A stretch of 64,000 nt of DNA from Phycisphaerae bacterium (lineage in GTDB: Bacteria; Planctomycetota; Phycisphaerae; UBA1845; Fen-1342), in contig CAXXWX010000026.1 of assembly GCA_963675745.2 (NCBI GenBank), forward strand, positions 448,001 through 512,000. Direction: 5' to 3'. The notes below the pieces were generated by a model, which saw only the letters and a program-made list of their open reading frames with translations, did not search any database and had not been told where the DNA came from. Made by a program: the position numbers and the translations under genes. This document shows, piece by piece, positions 19,680 to 28,996 of this stretch (within the stretch, counting starts at the first letter, position 1; each line of letters begins with the position of its first letter).

Positions 19680-20255
19680 ATGGCCAGTGGGCGAGGCGTC
19701 AGCCCGGTAAAGCTCTTTGTCGGCATGCTCGGCAGCGATGCCGATCTGCTGCGGCGCGCCGCGCACCTGCTCAGCCAGCAATACGGCCCGGTCGACTTTG
19801 CCAGCGAGCTGTGGCCATTTGACGAGACCGACTATTACGAACCGGAAATGGGCCCGGATCTGAAACGCCGATTCGTCAGCTTCCAGGATCTGATTCAGCC
19901 CGATCGAATCGCGGAGATCAAACGCGAAAGCTACGAAATCGAGCGACAGCTCGCCGACGACACGCTGGCCGCCATCCCGCGCCCGGTGAATCTCGACCCT
20001 GGCTACCTGGATCTTAGTAAGCTCGTGCTGGCAACGACGAAAGATGCATCGCACCGCGTATATCTGGGGGCGGGGATTTTCGCCGAGGTCACGCTGCGCT
20101 ACGCGCGCGGCGGCTGGCAGTTGCTGCCGTGGACCTACCCCGACTTCCGCAAGGACGAATATCACGAGCTGTTCCGCAAGCTGCGCGAGCGATATCGTTC
20201 ACAACGACAGGCACTCATGAATACCCAGACGCACCCCGACGGGGAGTTGCTGTGA
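19680..20255 (+). CDS. DUF4416 family protein
   Basis: TDYYEPEMG, RPVNLDPGY, LVLATTKDASHRVYL, WTYPD. Confidence 0.85.
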   Translation: MASGRGVSPVKLFVGMLGSDADLLRRAAHLLSQQYGPVDFASELWPFDETDYYEPEMGPDLKRRFVSFQDLIQPDRIAEIKRESYEIERQLADDTLAAIPRPVNLDPGYLDLSKLVLATTKDASHRVYLGAGIFAEVTLRYARGGWQLLPWTYPDFRKDEYHELFRKLRERYRSQRQALMNTQTHPDGELL

Positions 20256-21355
20256 ATCCAGTCGCGCTCGCAACCATCCTGGCCGCCGCCGGCGCTGTCA
20301 GCCTTGTGCTCGCACTAATCGGAACCAGGTTGGCCATCCCGTTGGCGCGGCGGATTGGCTATGTTGATCAACCAGGGGCGCACAAATCGCACACACTGCC
20401 CACCCCGTACGGCGGCGGATTGGCGATCCTGCTCGCGACCTGGTTGCCGCTGGCCGCCGTGGTCATCGTCAGTTGGCTGGTTTCGAGTGACTGGATCGCC
20501 GAGACATTTGGCGCGGCGTACGTGCCTTATTTCGGCGGCCTGATCGAGCGGCGGGGACAGGCGCTGGTGATTCTGGCGGGCGGCCTGGTCTTACACGTGC
20601 TCGGGCTGGTGGACGATGTTCATCCGCTGGGCCCCGTGCCAAAGCTGACCGTGATGTTCGCCGTGGCGCTGTTTGTGACCACGGCCGGCGAGGTGCGGCT
20701 GGCGGAATTCGCGGGCGCCTGGATCGCGACCATCCTCTCAGCCGTGTGGATCGTCGTGATCATCAACGCGTTCAATTTCCTGGACAACATGGACGGCCTC
20801 AGCGCGGGGGTTGCGTCGATCTGCCTGGGGTTGATTGTGGCCTGTGGAGTTCTGGCGGGGCAGGTGTTTGTTCCGGCGCTTGGCTGCGTGTTTCTCGGCG
20901 GCATCCTCGGTTTCCTGGTTTTCAATTTCCCACCGGCGCGCATCTTCATGGGTGACGCGGGGAGCCTGGTTGTCGGCTATATGCTCGCGGTGACGTCGGT
21001 CCTGACGACGTATTTCGAGTCAGGAAGCGGCGCCGCGCCTTATGCGCTGGCCATGCCGATCATAATCCTGGCCGTGCCGTTGTATGACTGCCTGTCGGTT
21101 ACGATGATCCGAGTGGCGGAAGGTCGTCACCCGATGCAGGGCGATCAACGGCACTTCTCACATCGGCTGGTCGACCACGGACTCTCACGCCGCTTTGCGG
21201 TGATGACGATCTACCTGGCGACCGCCGCCACCGGCTTGAGCGCGACGCTGCTGCCGGGCTGCGGGCTGCGCGAGACAATCACTATTCTGGCATTCGTCTT
21301 CATGGTGCTCGCGATCATCGCAATTCTAGAGATGCCGGTCGGCAAGTCGTCATGA
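20252..21355 (+). CDS. MraY/WecA-family undecaprenyl-phosphate GlcNAc-1-P transferase
   Basis: HKSHTLPTPYGGG, GLVDD, NAFNFLDNMDGL, FNFPPARIFMGDAGS, HFSHRL; GTGA overlap. Confidence 0.9.
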   Translation: MNPVALATILAAAGAVSLVLALIGTRLAIPLARRIGYVDQPGAHKSHTLPTPYGGGLAILLATWLPLAAVVIVSWLVSSDWIAETFGAAYVPYFGGLIERRGQALVILAGGLVLHVLGLVDDVHPLGPVPKLTVMFAVALFVTTAGEVRLAEFAGAWIATILSAVWIVVIINAFNFLDNMDGLSAGVASICLGLIVACGVLAGQVFVPALGCVFLGGILGFLVFNFPPARIFMGDAGSLVVGYMLAVTSVLTTYFESGSGAAPYALAMPIIILAVPLYDCLSVTMIRVAEGRHPMQGDQRHFSHRLVDHGLSRRFAVMTIYLATAATGLSATLLPGCGLRETITILAFVFMVLAIIAILEMPVGKSS

Positions 21356-23715
21356 TGCGTCAGACGGATAGCAAACACGCCGCCCCGGCACCACACGGCG
21401 GCGGGGCATTATTCGATCACCTGCTGTTCAGCATACTGCTCGTATTGCTGGGCGTGCGACCGATGATCGCGGAGGTCTTCGAGCGCAGCGAGCTCACCTT
21501 CCTCGCGGATGCAACGGCGACGGTTGCCGCGCCCACGCCGGCCACAACCGCCTGGCTCGACTTTGCGACGCTGACCGCCGCCCTGGTGGTTTTCGCGCGG
21601 CGCAGCGGCGGACGGCGTTGGCGCTGGTATTGGGTGGCGATGGCGCTCGTGACTCTCGCAGTGCTGATATCGTCGCTCGCCGCCGGCGAACAGCGCGTGG
21701 CGCTCAACGCCGGCATGAATCTCGTTGTGATACTGCTGGCGGGTGGCGCGCTGCTGCGCGTGATGCGCGCGCCGTGGATGCCGCGCGTGTTGATCTCAGT
21801 CGTGCTCGCCACAGGAGTCACCAGCGCGCTGCACTGCGCCGCGCAGAAATACGTCTACCAGGAGCAGACCGAGATACAGTGGCGCGAGATCAAGGCCCAG
21901 CTCATCGAACAGGGACGCGATCCCAACGACCCGATGCTGGTCAATTACGAGCGCCGCCTCGCATCGGCACAGCCGAACGGCTTTCTTTCGCACCCCAACA
22001 CAACGGCCTCGCTGTTGAGCATGTGGATTCTCGCGGCGGCCGGGCTGGGTGTTTCGCTCATGCGTGGCAACCAGACGAGCCGATCGACACGCCCACTCGC
22101 CTTGGCGCTGCTGTGCGGCGCCTTGGTGCTTATGCTGCTGGCGCTATGGCTGACGGGTAGTGCGGGGGCCGCGGCCGGGTTGGCGGCCGGTGCGGCATTG
22201 CTGGGGGCGATCGGGCTGTGGTCCGGGTTTGGCGCGCGGCGTGTCGCCGGCGTGACGATCGTGCTGACCGCTGCGTATGTGGCGTTGATCGTCGGCGGCG
22301 CCGCGTACGGCATCGTCAAGGGCACGCTGCCCCGCTCATCACTCGCGTTTCGCTGGAACTACTGGACCGCCGCCGCGCGGGCCTACGCCGAACACCCCCT
22401 CACCGGCCTGGGCCGCGAGAACTTCCACGACGCGTACATGCGCCACCGACCGATGGAGAGCACCGAAGTCGTGCGCAATGCGCACAACCTGTGGGTCACG
22501 GCGCTGGCCGAACTCGGACCGCTCGGATTGTGCGGACTGGCGCTGCTGGCCGTGGGTACACTCGTGGCGCTGTTGCGGCGGCTGGCGCAACCGGACGAAC
22601 CCGCGGGCGCCGGCGGCCAACCAGGCCGGCTGATGCCGGGCGTGATCGCCGCCTCAATACTCACACTGCAACTGATCCTCTCCGGCACCGCCGGCAGCGG
22701 TATCGCCAGCGGAGCGCTCTGGTCGGTGATGGTGCTCTGGCTGACAGAGATCGCCGCGGTGTGGATAGTCGTGTTTGCGGCGTGTAACAGGCTGTTGAGC
22801 AACGACGTGACGACCGGGCGCTGGAGCGCGTCTGGTTGCGTCGCCGCCTTCGGCGCCGTCCTGGTTCACAATCTGGTTGGTTTCTCGTTGTGCCGGCCGG
22901 CCGGGCTGTCGGCGCTGGTGCTGCTGGTTGTATGGGGCTTGGCGTCACCGACCCCAGTTGCCGCTCGGCAACAGTTGTTCCGCCGGGCCTGGGGCCGGCA
23001 CCGCGCAATAGCTATGGCAGTGATGATATTGGCGAGCGCATGGCACCTCTGGGCGATCGCGATTCCGACCGCGCGCACGACTTACGGACTTTCCAGGCTA
23101 CGCGCCGCGCTGCACGCCGCCCGCTCGCTCGCGGATGTGGAAACGGCCGCAAGCGCGGCGCTGCGCACGGTGTTGGCGGACGAGTGGGACGCGGATCTCC
23201 CGCGGGCGGTAGCGCGTGAGTACGCGCGGGTCGCAGCCGCAAACGGGTTAACGCCGCAGCGACGGCTGACGTGGTGCGCCATAGCGCGCGACATGGCATC
23301 GATTGCGTTGCAGCGTAATCCGGCGTCCCACGCGACATACCGTCTGCAGGCCCGCCTGGCGGATCAGTTTGCCGAGACATGTCGCGGACTGTGGGAAGAG
23401 CAAGAGGTGGCGCGCGAACTGATCGCCGCCTGCTCTTATTGGGAATCCGCGACGCGCCTGCATCCGACTGACCCGCGTACGCGTATCGACGCGGCCGCCG
23501 CACAAATGCGCGTCTGGCGAAACCTGGGCCGGCGCGACAGCGGTGAGCGCGCGCTGCAACACCTGATAGCCGCGCTCAAGATCGACGCGACGCGCCCGCC
23601 GGAGGAGGTCCTGCGTTTGCGTCCCGCGGAACTGCGGCAGATCGACGCGTACATGAAAGAGCTGCGCGAAGCCGGAATCAATGGCGAGACTGCGGACTTG
23701 CCTGGGGAACCATAG
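21352..23715 (+). CDS. O-antigen ligase (Wzy_C/WaaL-like) family protein with C-terminal TPR-like region
   Basis: HPN, SLAFRWNYW, HPLTGLGRENF, NAHN motifs; many TM helices. Confidence 0.85.
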   Translation: MMRQTDSKHAAPAPHGGGALFDHLLFSILLVLLGVRPMIAEVFERSELTFLADATATVAAPTPATTAWLDFATLTAALVVFARRSGGRRWRWYWVAMALVTLAVLISSLAAGEQRVALNAGMNLVVILLAGGALLRVMRAPWMPRVLISVVLATGVTSALHCAAQKYVYQEQTEIQWREIKAQLIEQGRDPNDPMLVNYERRLASAQPNGFLSHPNTTASLLSMWILAAAGLGVSLMRGNQTSRSTRPLALALLCGALVLMLLALWLTGSAGAAAGLAAGAALLGAIGLWSGFGARRVAGVTIVLTAAYVALIVGGAAYGIVKGTLPRSSLAFRWNYWTAAARAYAEHPLTGLGRENFHDAYMRHRPMESTEVVRNAHNLWVTALAELGPLGLCGLALLAVGTLVALLRRLAQPDEPAGAGGQPGRLMPGVIAASILTLQLILSGTAGSGIASGALWSVMVLWLTEIAAVWIVVFAACNRLLSNDVTTGRWSASGCVAAFGAVLVHNLVGFSLCRPAGLSALVLLVVWGLASPTPVAARQQLFRRAWGRHRAIAMAVMILASAWHLWAIAIPTARTTYGLSRLRAALHAARSLADVETAASAALRTVLADEWDADLPRAVAREYARVAAANGLTPQRRLTWCAIARDMASIALQRNPASHATYRLQARLADQFAETCRGLWEEQEVARELIAACSYWESATRLHPTDPRTRIDAAAAQMRVWRNLGRRDSGERALQHLIAALKIDATRPPEEVLRLRPAELRQIDAYMKELREAGINGETADLPGEP

Positions 23716-23735
23716 CAACCCGGTGAGCCAGACAA

Positions 23736-23815
23736 GTAGCGGCCTGCGCCTCGCAGGCCGTTGGCGCGCAATGGCGCTGCCGATGCTCCACGGCCGGCGG
23801 GGCGCCGGCCGCTAC
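23736..23815. repeat. REP class B inverted doublet (REPIN-like)
   Basis: GTAGCGGCCTGCGCCTCGCAGGCCG (23736-23760) and inverted CGGCCGGCGGGGCGCCGGCCGCTAC (23791-23815) between convergent genes. Confidence 0.8.
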
Positions 23816-23880
23816 TTCGCAACGTGTCTATGCCAAACAGCTGGGGACGCTAGGGAACCAGCGAAGGAGTCGAGCACTCT

Positions 23881-24183
23881 TCAGGCCTGAATATCAAGGC
23901 CACCTTCCGACTCCGGTGGTTCCTCGGTCGCTTCATCAGGTTGCTGTTCTTCCGGCGACTCGGAGAACGGCCGGCCCTGGCTGCCCGCGCCTTCGCCATC
24001 CGGATTGACCTGCTTGTCGCCATCCGCCGTGTCGATGACGTTCTGAAGGCGATCGGCGAATGAGGCGTTGTCGGTGGCCTTGGCCTGGTCGGCGCTCTCT
24101 TTGTTCTTGGCTTCCGCCTGCCGGTTGGCCGCGGAGGTCCCGCCGACGATGGATGAGCCAAGTCCGGTCGGGATCGAAGACAT
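23881..24183 (-). CDS. Small acidic hypothetical protein at the end of the flagellar operon
   Basis: GGAGG RBS upstream; ends GGLDIQA, resembling the C-terminus of some small flagellar-operon proteins. Confidence 0.65.
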   Translation of the reverse strand: MSSIPTGLGSSIVGGTSAANRQAEAKNKESADQAKATDNASFADRLQNVIDTADGDKQVNPDGEGAGSQGRPFSESPEEQQPDEATEEPPESEGGLDIQA

Positions 24184-24206
24184 GCCGGCGCCTCCTCTGG
24201 CAGCGC

Positions 24207-25061
24207 TCAGCCTTCCGAGGCGAATTCGCGTTTGCGCGCCTGGAGTTTGTCGCGCAGCGTCGCGATGATCGCCGAGTGCATCTGGCTGACGCGCGACTCC
24301 GATAGATCGAGTGTGTCCCCGATCTGCCGCATGGTCATTTCTTCGTAGTAGTACAAGACGACGATCAGGCGTTCTTCGCGGCTGAGCCCGTGCGTAACCA
24401 GGTCGCGCACGTCCTTCTTCTGTGCTTCGAGCACCGGATCGACGCTCTGATCATCCTGAAGCACGTCGATTTCATGCACTTCGCGAGTGGATTCGTCATC
24501 CGCAAACCGCCGCGACAGCGACACCTGCACGGTGGCGGTCGCATCGCGGATCAGCTTTTTGAATTGGGTCGCCGTCATCTGCAAGCGCCGCGCGATCTCG
24601 TCGTCGCAGGGCATGCGTCCCAACTCGACTTCCAGGGCGCGCGTCGCGTGGTTCAATTGATGGGCGCGGTGCCGCACCAGGCGCGGCACCCAATCCATGC
24701 TGCGCAACTCATCCAGGATCGCGCCACGGATGCGCGGCGCGCAATAGGTCTCGAATTTCACGCCGCGCTCGAGCTCAAACGCATCGATGGCATCCATGAG
24801 GCCGAAGATCCCCGCGCTCATCAGGTCATCAACATCGACCTCGTCAGGGAGTTTGGCGCCTATGCGTTCGGCGTTGTAGCGGACCAGGTAGAGGTAGTGC
24901 TCCATGAGCTGATTGCGCAGGAGTTCATCGTCTTCGTTTTGTTTCAATTTCCGCCACGCGGCCTGCACGGCGGCGTCATCGGCGAAACTGCGGACCGCGG
25001 GAGTGCGGGTCACGCGACGGTAACGACCAACAGGGAGCCTGCGCTCTGTCATGGGCCTCAC
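24207..25061 (-). CDS. fliA: Flagellar sigma factor (sigma28)
   Basis: DDLMSAGIFGL, KFETYCAPRIRGAILDELRSMDWVPR, LYYYEEMT..IG..LDLSESRVSQMH. Confidence 0.95.
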   Translation of the reverse strand: MRPMTERRLPVGRYRRVTRTPAVRSFADDAAVQAAWRKLKQNEDDELLRNQLMEHYLYLVRYNAERIGAKLPDEVDVDDLMSAGIFGLMDAIDAFELERGVKFETYCAPRIRGAILDELRSMDWVPRLVRHRAHQLNHATRALEVELGRMPCDDEIARRLQMTATQFKKLIRDATATVQVSLSRRFADDESTREVHEIDVLQDDQSVDPVLEAQKKDVRDLVTHGLSREERLIVVLYYYEEMTMRQIGDTLDLSESRVSQMHSAIIATLRDKLQARKREFASEG

Positions 25062-25366
25062 TGTGTCTCGGCTTCGCCGGCCCGGTCGACGACGGTGTCA
25101 TCGGACCGGGGCGTGGCGTTTGCCGCTGCGGTAACCTGGCGTTGAGCCAGATGACTCTTTTCTATCCCCGTCTTCCTGGACAACAGATAATCACGCAGCA
25201 CCGCTCTGGTAAGCCAGACCGCCACCTGGGCGGCGATCGAGGCCACAAACATGCACACCAGGGCCCTCGTCAGAACCGTCGTCGGCGCGTTTCCCGCGCG
25301 GAGCCCGGCCACGATAGTGAGGGCGAAAACCAGAAGAGCGACCTGTGCGCTGATGCTTTTGACCAT
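25058..25366 (-). CDS. Small 2-TM hypothetical protein upstream of fliA
   Basis: MVKSISAQVALLVFALTIVAG...; GTGA overlap with fliA. Confidence 0.65.
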   Translation of the reverse strand: MVKSISAQVALLVFALTIVAGLRAGNAPTTVLTRALVCMFVASIAAQVAVWLTRAVLRDYLLSRKTGIEKSHLAQRQVTAAANATPRSDDTVVDRAGEAETQ

Positions 25367-25389
25367 GTGCTCGTTGTTCCTGTAGTACC

Positions 25390-25416
25390 CTATCGGTTGC
25401 CGCCGGAGTGGCCTTA
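25390..25416 (-). promoter_or_regulatory. Putative sigma28 promoter
   Basis: Minus strand TAAG-N15-ACCGATAG vs consensus TAAA-N15-GCCGATAA, about 24 nt upstream of ATG 25366. Confidence 0.55.
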
Positions 25417-25650
25417 GCCCCGGGCAACGACCCGGGGCACAGACTGTCCACACGCCGCCTCAGTCGCTGGTTGAGGAGCCTGGATCGCGGGATTTGACGG
25501 ATTTTGCGCGAGAACAGTCTTGCAGAATCCCCCTTGTCGCTGGTGACGGCGCTGCCCTCTCCCTCGGGCACTCCCCTTCGTGGATATCCCTATCAAGGCT
25601 CGATATAGACTCTCGCGCCGCATAACAGTCACGCTCCGTCGGACTGCCAG

Positions 25651-26793
25651 CTATGTTGTGTTAGCTAAGATTAGGTCGGTAAAGCGGTTAACGCAAGCTT
25701 CCTGGATGTCGCTGGGGACTTTTTGGCCATTGGTCACATACGACAGGCTCAGCTTCAGCTTGTCCATCACGTTCAGAATCACGCCGAGTCCGATAGCGTC
25801 ATCCAGGTGGGTAAGGACCACGCGCGAGACTCCCAGCGCGGCGAATGACTGAGCGATACGCTCCTGGGTTGTGGGGGTCAGCGATGCCGGCGCCACCAGG
25901 TGTACCTCGTGAGGCCGACAGGCGCGCAACAACGCTCCCAGCCGCGCGAAGCGGCCGTCATCGCGCAAGCCGACGCCGGGCGTGTCGATCAGGATCAAGT
26001 CAACCGCCCCAATCTCGCCCAGGCGTTGCTTCACCTCTGCCACAGTCTGGGCGGTGTACACCGGGACGCCCACCAGTTGCCCATAGCGCTGTAGCTGCTC
26101 GTGGGCGGCCAGGCGGTGCATGTCGAGCGAGAGGATCACAACTTCCTTTTTTCGGCGCAATTTGAAATTGGCGGCCAGCTTCGCCAGTGTCGTGGTTTTT
26201 CCACCGCCGGGCGGCCCAACCAGCGCCATACGCCGGGTGTCGCCCGGTTCCAATTGCAGCCCACCCACTGTCGGCAGCATGCGCTGGATGAATTCGCGCA
26301 CCGTTTGAGTCAATGAAGTGTTATCGGCGGCGCCCGTAACGCGCGCGTTTTGCGCGGCTTGAGCGACCAGTCGACGAGCTAACTCGTCGGCCACGTCGTT
26401 CTGCACCAGTTGCGTGTAAAGCGCCTCGCGCTGGTCCGCATTGCCGCCGGTGGGAATCGCACTCGGCCACTGGTACGCGCTGACCATGTCTTTCGCGGGG
26501 TGGCACAGGCGTCCCGCCTGTGGATTCACGGGCGAGATGCCCGTGCCACCGGTGTTGCGGGGTGCATCAGCCGCCGGTACGGCGCGTTTGGCATCGCGAG
26601 ACGTTGGCTTGCCAGCCACAGCGGTCGCCGGCGGCGCCGCCGTGATCTCAATCTCACGCCGTCCAACCAGACCGCCCAGACCACCGCTGGCATCGCGCGT
26701 GCCCAGAATGACGGCGTCAGCGCCAAACTCCTGCTTGACCGCGGCCAGCGCGGCGGCCATCGACGATCCGCGAAAAGTCTTGATGTCAACCAT
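25651..26793 (-). CDS. flhF: Flagellar biosynthesis SRP-type GTPase
   Basis: IKTFRGSSMAAAL..VKQEFGADAVIL, GPPGGGKTTTLAKLAA, DTPG, GQKVPSDI. Confidence 0.9.
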   Translation of the reverse strand: MVDIKTFRGSSMAAALAAVKQEFGADAVILGTRDASGGLGGLVGRREIEITAAPPATAVAGKPTSRDAKRAVPAADAPRNTGGTGISPVNPQAGRLCHPAKDMVSAYQWPSAIPTGGNADQREALYTQLVQNDVADELARRLVAQAAQNARVTGAADNTSLTQTVREFIQRMLPTVGGLQLEPGDTRRMALVGPPGGGKTTTLAKLAANFKLRRKKEVVILSLDMHRLAAHEQLQRYGQLVGVPVYTAQTVAEVKQRLGEIGAVDLILIDTPGVGLRDDGRFARLGALLRACRPHEVHLVAPASLTPTTQERIAQSFAALGVSRVVLTHLDDAIGLGVILNVMDKLKLSLSYVTNGQKVPSDIQEACVNRFTDLILANTT

Positions 26794-28867
26794 TGATGCT
26801 CACCACTCCATGGGCTTGCACTTCAACCCCTCTGACGACCTCGTGCAGAGCCAGCACCGGCGTCTGCGGCAATACGCTTTCAACAATGCGCCGCACCCAC
26901 AGGCGTGTTTGCGGCGAACAGAGCACGACAACCGTGGCCCCGCCGGCGGCCGACGAGGCACTCTCCACCTGCTGGCGCGTCTTCTGCGCGAGCTCGGATT
27001 GTTTATCTGGCGGCAGGATGAGGGTGGAGCCGTGGTCAAGGCGTTGGATGTTGCCCTGTACATAGTCTTCGGTGGTCGGGTCGAGCGTCACGCAGTGCAG
27101 CACGTTGTTCCCGTCTTTGTATTGCGCGCAGGTGACGCGCGCCAGTGTATTGCGCGCGTACTCGGTGAGTATTTCGACATCCTTGGTCTTGGGGGCCCAG
27201 TCACCGAGCGTCTCGAGGATCGCCTCGAGGTCGCGAATCGGGACGCGCTCGCGCAGCAGGCTCTGCAAGACCTTCTGCACGTCGCCGACGCTGAGCAGAT
27301 TGGGGATGACCTCCTCGACGACCGCCGCATTGCTCTCCTTGACGTGGTCGATCAGTTTCTGCGTCTGCGCCCGCGTGAGCAGGTCGGCGGCGTATGACTT
27401 GATGACCTCGGTCAGGTGTGTTGCCAGCACGCCGCTGGGTTCGACGACCGTGTAGTGCAGGCGTTCGGCGCGCTCGCGATCATCGCGGACAATCCAGGTG
27501 GCCGGCAGGCCAAAGGCCGGCTCCTTGCCTTGAATCCCGGCCAGAGTTTCTTCGGCCAGCCCGGAGTCGATGGCGAGCAATTGGTCGGTGAACACCTCGC
27601 CGCGCGCGACTTCCTGACCGCGCAGCAGCAACACGTATTGGTTGGGCTCCAGTTCGGCGCTGTCGCGGATACGCACGGGCGGCACGATGAGACCCAGCTC
27701 GACGGCCGTCTGCTTCCGAATGGACCCGACGCGGTCGAGCATGTCGCCGCCACGCGCCCGATCGACAAGCCCGACCAGCCCATAGCCGATCTGCAACTCG
27801 AGCGCGTCAACGCCCAGATGCGACTCGATGCGCGGCGGCTTGGCCGTTTCGCGCGCGCGCTGCTCGTTGACCCGTCGCAAGTCGGCCTGCTGGTGTGAGC
27901 GCTGGAGGAAGAACGCCAGCGTCCCGCAGCCACAAGCCAACGTGAACAGCGGGATCTTCGGTAGTGGCGTGAGAGTCATTGCAATCAGAAACGCGCCGGC
28001 CATCGCCAGGGCGGTTGGCTTCGAGAGCAACTGCCCGAGCACCTCTTCGCCCATGTTGGTCTTGCCGGTGCTGCGCGTGACCAGCATGCCGGCCGCGATC
28101 GAAACGATGAAGGCTGGAATCTGGCTGGCGAGCCCGTCGCCGATCGTCAGACGCGTGTAGACGTCGAGGCATTGCATGACCGGCATGCCACCTTCGAACA
28201 TGCCCACGTACAGTCCGCCGAGGATATTGACCATGGTGATGACGATGCCGGCGATGGCGTCGCCGCGCACAAACTTGCTGGCACCATCCATCGCGCCATA
28301 AAAGTCGGCCTCGTCGGCGATCTCCTGGCGCCGGCGGCGCGCCTCGGACTCGTCAATCATGCCGGCGTTCAGATCGGCGTCGATGGCCATCTGCTTGCCG
28401 GGCATGCCGTCCAGTGTGAAGCGCGCCGCGACCTCGGCGATACGCGTCGCCCCCTTGGTGATCACCACAAACTGGATCACCATGATGATCAGGAAGATGA
28501 TCACGCCGACCGCCAGCGAGTTGCCGGCCACGAAACGTCCGAAGGTCTCGATCACCTGGCCTGCGGCATTGGTGCCGTTGGCGCCGTTGGTGAGGATCAG
28601 CCGCGTGGTCGCCGTGTTGAGCACCAGGCGCAGGAGCGTCATCGCCAGCAGCATGGAGGGGAAGCTCGAGAACTCCATCGGCGACCGCAGATACATGACG
28701 GTCATGAGGATGATCGTCGAGACCAGGATGTTGGCGACGAGTAGAAAGTCGAGCGCCGTACTCGGCAGCGGAATGAGAATGACGAAGATGAGAGCCGCCG
28801 CCGCCGCCGGGAACAACATCCCGCGGTTTCTAACGATAAAGCGGACTAGGGGGCTATTCTCGAACAT
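26786..28867 (-). CDS. flhA: Flagellar export gate protein
   Basis: FVVITKGATRIAEVAARFTLDGMPGKQMAIDADL, FYGAMDGASKFVRGDA. Confidence 0.97.
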   Translation of the reverse strand: MFENSPLVRFIVRNRGMLFPAAAAALIFVILIPLPSTALDFLLVANILVSTIILMTVMYLRSPMEFSSFPSMLLAMTLLRLVLNTATTRLILTNGANGTNAAGQVIETFGRFVAGNSLAVGVIIFLIIMVIQFVVITKGATRIAEVAARFTLDGMPGKQMAIDADLNAGMIDESEARRRRQEIADEADFYGAMDGASKFVRGDAIAGIVITMVNILGGLYVGMFEGGMPVMQCLDVYTRLTIGDGLASQIPAFIVSIAAGMLVTRSTGKTNMGEEVLGQLLSKPTALAMAGAFLIAMTLTPLPKIPLFTLACGCGTLAFFLQRSHQQADLRRVNEQRARETAKPPRIESHLGVDALELQIGYGLVGLVDRARGGDMLDRVGSIRKQTAVELGLIVPPVRIRDSAELEPNQYVLLLRGQEVARGEVFTDQLLAIDSGLAEETLAGIQGKEPAFGLPATWIVRDDRERAERLHYTVVEPSGVLATHLTEVIKSYAADLLTRAQTQKLIDHVKESNAAVVEEVIPNLLSVGDVQKVLQSLLRERVPIRDLEAILETLGDWAPKTKDVEILTEYARNTLARVTCAQYKDGNNVLHCVTLDPTTEDYVQGNIQRLDHGSTLILPPDKQSELAQKTRQQVESASSAAGGATVVVLCSPQTRLWVRRIVESVLPQTPVLALHEVVRGVEVQAHGVVSING

Positions 28868-28996
28868 CCCTGCTCATCAGCGCGGGCTCCGCCCGCCGCG
28901 GTCGGATCGGCACGCACAGATTGCGCCCCTCGCGCAAGACGCGCCGACACTTCCACGATCGGCCGCGCGTCGGGGTAATCTGTCGCGCGGCCCCGG

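Noticed and set aside
23819..23842. Sigma54-like TTGGCA...TTGC on the minus strand
   Set aside because: GG-GC spacing is 12 rather than 10, and it points into a gene 3' end
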